A stretch of 29,368 nt of DNA, taken from contig NW_003526944.1 of assembly GCF_000181795.1 (NCBI RefSeq), positions 2,772,205-2,801,572 of the forward strand, written 5' to 3'. Below are positions 10,431 through 21,800 of the stretch, in pieces. The notes beneath the pieces are model-generated. The model did no database searches. It was not told the DNA's origin and was given only the letters and a program-made list of their open reading frames with translations. How positions within the stretch are numbered: position 1 is the stretch's first letter; the number at the start of each line of letters is the position of its first letter. The position numbers and the translations under genes are program-made. This DNA is from Trichinella spiralis (lineage: Eukaryota).

Positions 10431-11437
10431 ATGCAGAATGATCTTCCTTTATTGACTAGAGTTGACTATGCTTGGGCATTTGATGCGAAAGCTTATTTGT
10501 CAGATTTTTATTCCAGGTAAGAATTTCGTATTTTTTCTTATCATTCGGTAGTAGTATTAAGATGCATTTGAATATTGTGGAAAAAAATGAAATTACTGGC
10601 CACATAATGTTTTAGTTAAATGAGTAGCTAGGATGTGTCGGTGTCGTAAGCGACTGGAGGTGGGAGTTTGTTTTGTATTAAAGTATATTATTACACCGAC
10701 GGGATGTTGACGAATATCAGACAGGACATGGTGAATTTAGCCCAGTTTCGGATCCGGCGATGACGATGATGCTGTCGGTATTACCGATCATCGCTGAACG
10801 TCTGTCGTTGAAGAAGGCTCCGGAAACGGGAATCACTCGTCTCCTCGACATCGGTTCCGGACCCACCATCCACATGGCCGTGGTGTTCCGTGACAAGGTG
10901 GATGAAATCTACTTGTCCGACTATTTGGAACAGAACTGCGAACAGCTGCGCTTGTGGATGCAGGACCGGAAGCCGTTCGACTGGCGCAGCGTGTTGGGCT
11001 ACATTGCACAGCGTGAGGGTCAGGCGACATTGTCCGTCGAGGCGATGGAAGTGGCCAGTCGGTCGAAACTGCGGGGCGTGTTCCACTGCGATGTGTTCAA
11101 GCCTGGCGTGGTCGACTGGCCCGACTACGACGGTCTGGGCTTCGACGTGGTGTCGTCGTTGTTCTGCCTCGAGTTCGCCTCCAACACTGTCGACGATTTC
11201 ACCAACGCCTTGACCAACGTGGTCAGGTTGGTCAAGCCGGGCGGCTACTTGATCTTGGGCGGTGTGCTGGGCGAGAGTTGGTGCAAATTCGGCGGTCGAC
11301 TGTTCAGCAGCTATCCGCTGACCGAAGCCCAGCTGTTCGCTTCGCTGCGACAAAACGGTATCAACCCCACCGACCCCACATTCACCTATTACAACCATTC
11401 GGATATATTCCTCGTACTTGCCCAGCCTACTCAGTAG
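10431..11437 (+). CDS. NNMT/PNMT/TEMT-family SAM-dependent amine N-methyltransferase (anmt-like), ~260 aa. Exons 10431-10516 and 10741-11437
   Basis: FDAKAYLSDFY, SAM motif LLDIGSGPTI, IYLSDY, PFDW, HCDV, DVVSSLFCLE and LVKPGGYLILGG. A phase-2 GTAAG...TTTAG intron (10517-10740) joins the exons in frame. Confidence 0.92.
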
Positions 11438-11748
11438 CGTAACTTTCCCTCTTTCTTCCTAGTTACTTTTCAATTTTTCTAACTCATCTGATTTAAACAA
11501 CTTGAAAATCATTTTTACTGTACTGTAACAAAAAGTTAAACATTTTTTAATCATCAATCATGATTTTTCATTTCCTTTTATTCATTAATGAATGGATTTT
11601 TTTACACGAATGGTTGGCATAATTCATTTATGAAATTAAAAACCTTGAATTTTTTTTGAACTTTGAACAATTGTCAATATAAACGAAGTTATAAATTTAA
11701 TCATATAGCATTTATGGTGAAGTGAACATATGTATAATATTATCATTG

Positions 11749-12321
11749 TTATTCGCTGTTATGTTTCGGCTGAACTTCCTCCTCATTAATTGTGTCGTTT
11801 TCGTCATCGAAGAATGCTGCGTCCTTGTCCAATTCGGTGTGCATTAGTACATGAAGGAACGACTCCTTCCCGTAGGGCAGGATGATGCCCATTCGCCTGA
11901 TGACCGGCTCTTTGTTGCGCATCTCTTGCCAAACTGTCGACGCTTTGACGCTGACCACCCCGTCCGGAATTACCATGAATGTGATCGTGATGTAGTCCCT
12001 TTGAACTTCCGGAGGTATGTTTGACGAATCTTGCAGCCGCAGCAACACCTTGCACATGCCGGTGGGCAAGAGGAAACCGCAAGACGGCTTGACCGTCAAA
12101 AGACGTGGTCGGCTTGTCTTGATTTTGAATGAAATTGTTTCGGCAGTTGGATTGCTGATGCACAGTTGTGAAATGTGATCCACGTAGGCTGTGGGTCGGA
12201 TTTTCAGCGCGTTCACCGTCAACAGCAGTTGGTCGAGCACGGATTCTTGTTCTTTATCATTCAGCCGAAGCGCACAACCGAACTTGCTGAACAGGTTGTC
12301 TGTACTCTTCTGTTTTTCCAT
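11749..12321 (-). CDS. Major sperm protein (MSP) domain-containing protein, 190 aa, intronless
   Basis: LCISNPTAETISFKIKTSRPRLLTVKPSCGFLLP fits the MSP/VAP signature (L.I.N.....I.FK.KT..P....V.P..G). Acidic C-terminus, no C-terminal TM segment. Confidence 0.82.
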   Translation of the reverse strand: MEKQKSTDNLFSKFGCALRLNDKEQESVLDQLLLTVNALKIRPTAYVDHISQLCISNPTAETISFKIKTSRPRLLTVKPSCGFLLPTGMCKVLLRLQDSSNIPPEVQRDYITITFMVIPDGVVSVKASTVWQEMRNKEPVIRRMGIILPYGKESFLHVLMHTELDKDAAFFDDENDTINEEEVQPKHNSE

Positions 12322-12776
12322 TTTTGATTTCTCTACACAAATTGCCTGATCTCAGTTCGAACAACTCAGCCACACTGTTTATTCTGCAATTGCTGCTCAG
12401 CCGCGATGAGGGCGCTTTTAATTTTAAACTATGCATAATTTTAAACTGTTGCTTTTTAAAGTGACTTTAAAATGCACTTCGGCACGCTCAGTTTATTAAT
12501 TTCTAACACTTTATTGTAAATTAAAATGAAAAAAAATATTACACTGTACGTGTAAGGAAAAGTAGGTTCCATTTTGTCTGTGTACTTTCTTTTTCTTGTG
12601 TTTTCGTTTCGATATTTTGTTACATGCTCTGATATTGTCGATTTGAGTTTTTTGTCGATTCGTTATCGATCGTTCAGTGAAAATTGAAAATTAAACTTGT
12701 TTGTTTAATTGTGTACTTGATTAGGTATACAGTTCTTTTGATTTGTAACTTGAATTTTATTGTTTTGTAATGCAGT

Positions 12777-15003
12777 TTACTGTGGGGAAGGTGGAGGAGT
12801 TGTTCGCGTTGGACAGGTGGGTACGTCGATCCCCAGTGCAAGCAGTTCTTCGCGCTGTCTGGCGAAGCGTTCTCTGTGGAAGTGCAGTCGTCGTTGGTGT
12901 TCTTCGGTTAATTCGACAACTTCACTCGAAGTCGAATCCGGCTTAAGCGCCTTCGTAAGAACATCTTCCCAGTTGTCGCCGGTGTTGGCGAGTGGATTAT
13001 TTTCGTCGTTGCTGCTGTCGACTTGTTTAATTCTTGCCGGATGATTTGCGCTTCGGTTGATCAACGTGATCAGTGTCAAAATATCCCCAGTTTTCAGTTC
13101 GTCTGATTGTTCACTTCCATCCGCTTGTGGGCACTGAACTTTGTTGGCCAATTTGCCCGCAATATCCAGCAAATGTTGATCCGCTTCCGGTATGACGCTT
13201 TTCAATTCGTTCAAATCGAGCTTGTTTCCCGAATCGGGCAACACTTTTCCACTGTGGTTCCAATTCGGCGTGCTTTTGCACTGGTCGTCGAGGACGCTGC
13301 TGTAGGCGAAGTTGAAAGGCATTTTCGCAAATTGGCACTCGTCCAACAGACCGTAAATGGATTTGCTCATGTCGTCCAAAGTTCTACTGTCCTCTTTGTC
13401 ACCGTCATCGGTCGGACCGAGTTCCACAACCGCTTGATCAGTATCTTCAACATTGGGTAGGTTATCTGTTGTTGTTAATTTTGAGATGACGCTCTCCTCC
13501 TCCACCTGAGTTGCCGCGTTCTCTGTCCGTGTGATCGCCTCTATCGATATACTGTTTGTTAGGATCGGCTTGTTATTATCGGATGCCGAAGTTTGAACCG
13601 CTTTCTCATCAGTCGATGAATTTTCCATTAGCTCCGACTGGAAAGGAAACGATGCAATTTTTTCCGCCTCTCGTTTGCACAATTTGCCGAGATTTTCATC
13701 GACAGACAACAATGACGAGCACACCGTAGGCACTTGTACAATCACTTTGGAACAACTAGCCATTGTTAGTATTTTCCTTGCGGTCTCTTCATCCATATTT
13801 TCCAAGTCCAACGAGATGAGCTTCACATTGGTAGCTAAACGGATCCGTAGTTGGAAATTTTCAAACTTAACAATCAATAATTGTTCAGCGTAGCGAATAA
13901 ATTGTTTTCAATGCTCTGCCAAAATTTTGTCCAACAAATAGCACAGATAACAACATTCATTTTCTCGAATGTTGAATAAGCTTTATACTTACGTTTGTCT
14001 TCACACGATTGCTCAGTGTAGAATTGCTTCCCATTTAGCATGAAATGAATTCTGTCCAAATCTTTAGCCAGCAGTGAAAACATCTGAACGTCGTCACTCT
14101 ACACACGATCCTGTTTTGAAATAAACCTCTTAACAGCTAATCAATTCACTTGCTTTCTCTTTCGACGTTTCTTCTTCGTTGAGCACCACTTCTGAGCTAC
14201 TTTTCTTACCGTTCGCGTCAGTCGATTCCGCTTGTTCAAATGCAGCATGTATTGAGCTAGACGAGCACAGAACATTTCTGACCTAAACAAGTGTTCAAGA
14301 ATTTTGTTTTTGTCTAATAATTATTTTTTGAAAAAAAGTTTCCATTCATAAACAAATAGTTCGTGAATTCGTTGTTAAACGTGATCGTTTAGTATAAATA
14401 TTGTTATATGGGGTGAATAAAAGAAATTTTTTTTCAAATATTACAGTATTACATGCGATAATCATGTTTTAATTTGTTCCCCATCGAATGGAGTTTCCGA
14501 AAAAGCATTTCGAAGTGAAATATACGCGAATTATTTGTGTTTCGACTTTTTGTTTCTCAATCGTCAGAATAACGAATTTTCAATTGTCAAATGCGATTTC
14601 AATTGCAGCATTTCGAATCACTTGATTCATATTGATAAATAACGGTGGTAGCGGATATTTATGTTGAAATTTTGTTTGTTAATCTCAGAGAAAAATTTTC
14701 ACATTTTACTTTTGAAATGAAATAAATCTATCAATTCTTTTTGCATGTGCGATTTCAGAAATTTATTGGCAATAATTAATTGAATGAGAAATATTGAAAA
14801 CTGTTATCATAAAGATTGTTGCTGATTTTCTTAATAATAATGATGATGATGATGAAGAATAGAAGAAGTAGAACACAAAGAACATTTTTGTGGCCGACAT
14901 CTCAATTGTACAAATTTTCGACAAAATTTATATTCTAATTAAACAGAAGTATCGCTTACCTTTCTGTCTGGTCTGCGAATGGAAGTATTTGTTCCAATTT
15001 CAT
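12777..15003 (-). CDS. Unknown, probably lineage-specific protein. Exons 15003-14960, 14282-14150, 14098-13993, then 13915-12777 (contains in-frame TGA) or 13834-12777
   Basis: A 1.1-kb terminal ORF (acidic, Ser/Thr-rich). Three upstream segments bounded by GT/AG are all phase-compatible and give MKLEQILPFADQTERSEMFCARLAQY...KKKRRKRKQSDDVQMF.... TTTTCAG directly precedes the ATG, and AATAAA follows the stop closely. No family recognised. Confidence 0.65.
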
Positions 15004-16619
15004 CTGAAAAGAAAATCACAACAGTACTAGACAGTATTTTCGGCCAAGGTCAGAATTTTCACATACATCATAGATGGACTAAAAACAACATCACACATTG
15101 CAATGTGAAAATTCTCATTTTGATTTATTACAGTTATTTATATACGTCAGATATACGGTGCTTGTTATTATGAATTAAACATTTTGCAGGCCATTCATAT
15201 GAATTTTACAATAATACGTGATATATAGCATGACTGGATTGTGTACCAAGTGAATTATAAATTAAACTGTGAAGTAATAATTGGTAATTTAAAGAAAGAC
15301 TGATCAGAAAGTGTGCTAGTGTATTAGTTGCAGAAAATGAAAAAGACTCACTTATAGTTTTAACTTTCGTCAGTTGGAAGGGATCTGATGAGGAAAGAGT
15401 CGAATTTTCAGGTACAAATTTTTTCAGCAGCTTTATGCCTGTTAAATTGTTTGGTGCTTAGTCATTTTTCGCTACTAGATATATGCAACAAATTTACAGA
15501 CCACATTTTTCTCGTCCCTGTTTTATTCCTATTAATAAGTAGAGAGCGAGCATGGCCATGGACAGCGTGGCAATAAATGTGAGCATGATGACGCCAAACA
15601 TTGCGGTAGGTGTAAGACAAACTCTTGAACCGCTCTGCTGTACCATGCTTTAGGAATGGATATGTTTTCTGTTTGTTTGCTGAAATTATTCAACTGCATA
15701 TCTTGTTTATTTATTTTTACATAACAGTACAAATTTGAACGAAATATCATCATACTTTGTATAACAGAGAAAGTGAATCCTTAGTCGATTGAAAGAATAT
15801 GCTTGTAAATCAAAACGTTCAGATGAGTCAGGCATATATAGAGGGAGAGAGCTGACCAAATTTTCTTATTGCAGCAGTGTCATGTTTCAGCACTTGAAGA
15901 AAGAAAATTCTCGACTGAATTGGAATCATTTTGATTATATTTTATGTGCCTGGTTTGGACTAGTTTCTGGGTGCGTCGTTTGCTGTAATTCTACAGTTCT
16001 GTACAAAACAGCTTTAAAATGCCGTTTTCTGTGACATGAAACGATGGTAAGTTTGGTATGTATAATTTGTTGAGTTAGGTTAATTAATTAAACTTCACGG
16101 AGGATATCTTGAGTCTGTAATTTATATAAACTTGAGCTGTAAGTTATCGAACCTTCAATTCACATATTTGTTAATTAGAGTAACTGGATGTAGATCATGA
16201 GTATTATTATAATTAATTTGAGTGGCTTTCCGCATTTGAACGTTTTCATGTCCCATGCCTTTCGAGTTGAGTTTAGGGTTCATTTGCGGAAAGAGAAATG
16301 GTTGCATAATTTGTCGATCATTTCAAAGGACAATAATCACAATTACGGATCATGCTGAGTTGGTCATCCTGCTATAGTATGACTATTACAATAAGTGAAT
16401 GTTTGAGAATAGCAGTGCAAGATTAGATTGATATAATATTACGTTGATTAAAGTCGAATACAAGCGTAATAACTTAGCAGTTAGTAATGTTTACCATAAT
16501 GTTTCTATACCATTACGCTATAACTGAGCAAAAGTGAATTTACATCACCAAAGGCAAGCTCAGGTTATTTTATTTCCCTGAATTTGACCTAATTTTCAAA
16601 ATGTCATCTTCCTTGTTAT

Positions 16620-18720
16620 TCCTAGTTTTCATAGTCATAATCCGTGTATAGAACATCGGTTAACAAGCGCGATAAACTCTCCTCTTCAACATCATCGATA
16701 GTTAAACGGTAAGTCATTTTTACTGTTGTACTAACATTCTTTGTAGGTATCAATAAAGACAATATCTTAGTTGCAAATTGATGGATTTCAGTTTCGCTGA
16801 TTAACCTTCAGATCAGCTTCACTGCCTGCATATATGATAATTTTTACATAATCCACTATTCATACTAATGAACATCTCGTTGTGCTACGTAGGAACTTAG
16901 TTAACATCTTATTTTAGTGAATGGGATTTATGTAAAAGATATTATGTTGCAATAAATGTTTAATTCAAAAAAAGTAGATTTCATTATACGCTAATTCTAA
17001 GTCGTTATCATTGAATGCAGTAGCTCAAATAAAGCATCGGAAGTTCGTGCAGCCTGTATTATATAAATAGAAATCAAGTAAAAAATCCATGTTTTTCTGT
17101 TACTACAAATAGTATCCTTATTGCGGAAACCACTGACAGTGTTGAAGTACAATTTAATTAAAGACACTTCTATGCGAGGCTATCAAACATTTTATGTTTT
17201 TGTCATTGCAATTAGCATCCAAATTCGGTAGCTCATTGAGAGCGAAACCTCGAACCCTACGCTACTAGGAATTGTGTGAAAAATGTCTTCATTGAATCAA
17301 CCTTATCAGTTGTTTGAAAGATTTACGAATAGAAATCAAAATTTTATGGAATAAATACGCTTTGCTGTTTTGGGGGCTCAAGAACATTGTTTCGCAATAT
17401 TTGCATTTTCCTTCAAGCATCGATACATACGGATAGATAAATTTCCTTTAAAAAGCTTCATGGAAAACAACAGCGAGCTTGTGAAGTAAATGGCGCCTAA
17501 AGTTGGCACATTGCGCCTGTTAATGTACTGTGAATTCCCCAAACTGAAAACTTTCTTGAAACGCAACCAGCATGCGTACCCTTCATCAAAAGGACGTGCT
17601 TTGTTATTTAAGTAAACGAATCATTCAAAATTTGATGCCTCCTACGATATTTCTTGGATTTCGGCGATCGAATTTTCCTTCATTTTTAGGACACTTTGAT
17701 TAATTTCATAAAAGTTGTTTCAAAACGGCAGGAAATGGACATAGAACATCCGACAATACTAAACTTATATCTATTAATCACTTTATAATTTACCATTGAT
17801 ATCAATTACCAACGTTATTTCAATTTCACTTTGATACATACCTGATTGTACTACCGTATGCTTTGCATATCTTTTACTTGTTAATAAACTGTTATTTCAC
17901 GCATTACTCTGCCGTTTAACCTCTTTATTATTCAATTACCTATTCAATGATATAAAAATTATGGTTCTTTGAGTTCATTTTTGCTTTCCAACACTCCTTG
18001 AACCCGCTTATGAAAATGAACTATAAGTGCAGAAGGCTGTGTGAAACGTAATTGTTGCATAATGCAATAAAAAATTAACAATTCATCACAACTTAATGTC
18101 TCCATCCATGGTATTATCTCTATGTTTTAAGATATTAACTTACACACTGAGAACAACTAATGGCACACTCTTACAAACCTAGGATGAATAATACATTCCT
18201 TTGTTTGACAACAAAAGACACTACTGCGGAGGATAAACACACATAAATTCTCATAAGTCGCATTCGATGACTTTAGGAGATAATTGAAAAAAAATGGTTA
18301 GAAACTTTGACATTTACATAAGAGAGAGAATTATGGGTCCGAATTGCACTGTTCTCTTCATTTCGTCTGAATTTTATTTCAAAAGCGCAATAAATCAAAG
18401 TCAATAGATTCACAAAATTTTAAGTTTTAAGGGTACTGTAGGCGATAAAAAACAGGCAGGAACAATTTCAGCACAAACTACAACTTTTCTCCGCACGACT
18501 CTTTAAGAACCAGCAATGAATCTTCAGGAAATCATTTTATTTACATATTTATTTATATTGTATGTTTTATTCCTCCAAATTCCATTCTCACTAACATCGA
18601 ATTTCTTTGACTTCAACATTTCGCAAAAAATGGCCAAAAGTATGTTGTCGAATTTTGAATTTTATTGAGTAGTGTTGTTGAGTTCAAATGATAAATAAAA
18701 GTGTTCTTGTTGTTGTTCAA
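16620..18720. repeat. Old diverged long repeat, copy 1
   Basis: Collinear by eye with 23060-24770. Shared blocks include GAACATCGGT..A.AAGCGCGAT, AGTTTCGCTGA.TAACCTTCAGATCAG, CTAAAGTTGGCACATTGC, CAGGAAATGGACATAGAACAT, TTCCAACACTCCTTGAA and AAAATGGCCAAAAGTAT. Confidence 0.85.
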
Positions 18721-18838
18721 AAATGAGAAATTGTAAAACGGCATCCTCTTTCAAATTCTCATTTTTTATAATATTCTGGTCGATTTCTTCTTTCAATATC
18801 GGTACAATCGTCTCAGACGTTGCACATCGTGTTTCCAA

Positions 18839-21800
18839 AACTACTATCTATTCAATTCATGAAATGAAAAGCGAATTTGAGTAATTTCCAAATAAATGAT
18901 TTCTGCTGCACATCTTCAAAGTGCTAGATGCTAATTTTTTCACTTTTCGTTTTTTATTGAAAAAAACTACCTGGACGTTATAGTCTTGTACATCATCAAA
19001 TAAGTTTTATAAATAATTCTGATTTCGAAATTCTCACTTTTTATGTTGCTCTGCAGGGATATTTATTTAATAGCCCTGCAATCGTCTTGCTCGTTGAATG
19101 CCCGGTTTTGCTGTGCTTTAGCACTGCGCGGGGCTTTATATGGCATTGCACTTATTAATTAACGTAACGTGGTTGCGTTATGAATAGCTGAGCGCTTGTT
19201 CGCTTGATTAACGTGGCTAGCACGGGCCTTGGCAAAGCGTTGAAAGCGCACTGCATTGCTATGAATTGTACGCTAAATGTTTTGAGCGTGTTGTGGTGAA
19301 TATTGAGAAGCACACCTAAGATGAAGCAGTTGAGAGGCATAGATTCTCTTGTAACTACAATCTGTTCTTTTCGTGAAATGAAAAGGGCATTTCAATAATT
19401 TCCCAATAAATGATTTGTACTGCATATCTTTGAAGTGCTAGATGTTAATTTTTTCACTTTTCGTTTTTCAATTGAAAAAAACTACCTGGACGTTATAGTC
19501 TTGTACATCATCAAATAAGTTCAATAAATAATTCTGATTTCGAAATGCTTGTTTATTATGTTTCTGTGGAGGGTTTTTTATATAATAGCCTTACAATCGT
19601 CTTGCTCGTTGAATGCCCGGTTTTGCTGTGCTTTAGCACTGCGCGGGGCTTTATATGGCATTGCACTTATTAATTAACGTGGAGTGGTTGCGTTATGAAT
19701 AGCTGAGCGCTTGTTCGCTTGATTAACGTGGCTAGCACGGGCCTTGGCAAAGCGTTGAAAGCGCACTGCAGTGCTATGAATTGTACGCTTAATGTTTTGA
19801 GCGTGTTGTGGTGAATATTCAGAAGCACACATAAGATGAAGCAGTTGAGAGGCTTAGATTCTCTTGCAACTACAATCTGTTCTTTTCGTGAAATGAAAAG
19901 GGCATTTCAATAATTTCCCAATAAAAAATTTGTGCTGCATATCTTTGAAGTGCTAGATGTTAATTTTTTCACTTTTCGTTTTTTAATTTAAAAAAACTAC
20001 CTGGACGTTATAGTCTTGTACATCATCAAATAAGTTTTATAAATAATTCTGATTTCGAAATTCTCACTTTTTATGTTGCTCTGCAGGGATATTTATTTAA
20101 TAGCCCTGCAATCGTCTTGGTCGTTGAATGCCGGGTTTCGCTGTGCTTTAGCACTGCGCGGGGCTTTATATGGCATTGCACTTATTAATTAACGTGGCGT
20201 GGTTGCGTTATGAATAGCTGAGCGCTTGTTCGCATGATTAACGTGGCTAGCACGGGCCTTGGCAAAGCGTTTAAAGCGCACTGCATTGCTATGAATTGTA
20301 CGCTTAATGTTTTGAGCGTGTGGTGGTGAATATTCAGAAGCACACATAAGATGAAGCAGTTGAGAGGCATAGATTCTCTTGCAACTACAATCTGTTCTAT
20401 TCGTGAAATGAAAAGGGCATTTCAATAATTTCCCAATAGATGATTTGTGCTGCATATCCTTGAAGTGCTAGATGTTAATTTTTTCACTTTTCGTTTTTTA
20501 TTGAAAAAAACTACCTGGACGTTGTAGTCTTGTACATCATCTAATAAGTTTTATAAATAATTCTGAATTCGAAATTCTCAGTTTTTGTGTTGCTCTGCAG
20601 GGATATTTATTTAATAGCCCTGCAATCGTCTTGCTCGTTGAATGCCGGGTTTTGCTGTGCTTTAGCACTGCGCGGGGCTTTATATGGCATTGAACTTATT
20701 AATTAACGTGGCGTGGTTGCGTTATGAATAGCTGAGCGCTTGTTCGCATGATTAACGTGGCTAGCACGGGCCTTGGCAAAGCGTTTAAAGCGCACTGCAT
20801 TGCTATGAATTGTACGCTAAATGTTTTGAGCGTGTGGTGGTGAACATTGAGAAGCACACCTAAGATGAAGCAGTTGAGAGGCATAGATTCTCTTGCAACT
20901 ACAATCTGTTCTATTCGTGAAATGAAAAGGGCATTTCAATAATTTCCCAATAGATGATTTGTGCTGCATATCCTTGAAGTGCTAGATGTTAATTTTTTCA
21001 CTTTTCGTTTTTTATTGAAAAAAACTACCTGGACGTTGTAGTCTTGTACATCATCTAATAAGTTTTATAAATAATTCTGAATTCGAAATTCTCAGTTTTT
21101 GTGTTGCTCTGCAGGGATATTTATTTAATAGCCCTGCAATCGTCTTGCTCGTTGAATGCCGGGTTTTGCTGTGCTTTAGCACTGCGCGGGGCTTTATATC
21201 GCATTGCACGTATTAATTAACGTGGCGTGGTTGCATTATGAATAGCGGAGCGCTTGTTCGCTTGATTAACGTGGCTAGCACGGGCCTGGGCAAGGCGTTG
21301 AAAGCGCACTGCAGTGCTATGAATTGTACGCTTAATGTTTTGAGCGTGTTGTGGTGAATATTCAGAAGCACACATAAGATGAAGCTGTTGAGAGGCTTAG
21401 ATTCTCTTGCAACTACAATCTGTTCTATTCATGAAATGAAAAGGGCATTTCAATAATTTCCCAATAAATGATTTGTGCTGCATATCATTGAAGTGCTAGA
21501 TGTTAATTTTTTCAGTTTTCGTCTTTTTATTCAAAAAATTACTGCCTTGACGTAATAGTCTTGTACATCATCAAATATGTTCGATAAATAATTCTGATTT
21601 CGAAATTCTCACTTTTTATGTTGCTCTGGAGGGTATTTTATATAATAACCCTACAATCGTCTTGGTCGTTGAAATCCGTGTTTTGATATTCTTTAGCGTT
21701 GCGCGGGCCTTTATATTCATTGCACGTTATAATTAATGAGGCATGGTTGCGTTATCGATAGCGGAGCGCTTGTTCGCTTGATTAACGTGGCTAGCACGGG

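Noticed and set aside
10781..11398. 205-aa antisense ORF over the methyltransferase
   Set aside because: Shadow ORF expected from a GC3-rich sense frame; no protein motifs.
14832..14870. (TAA)n(TGA)n(GAA)-like simple repeat
   Set aside because: Short, ordinary intronic microsatellite.
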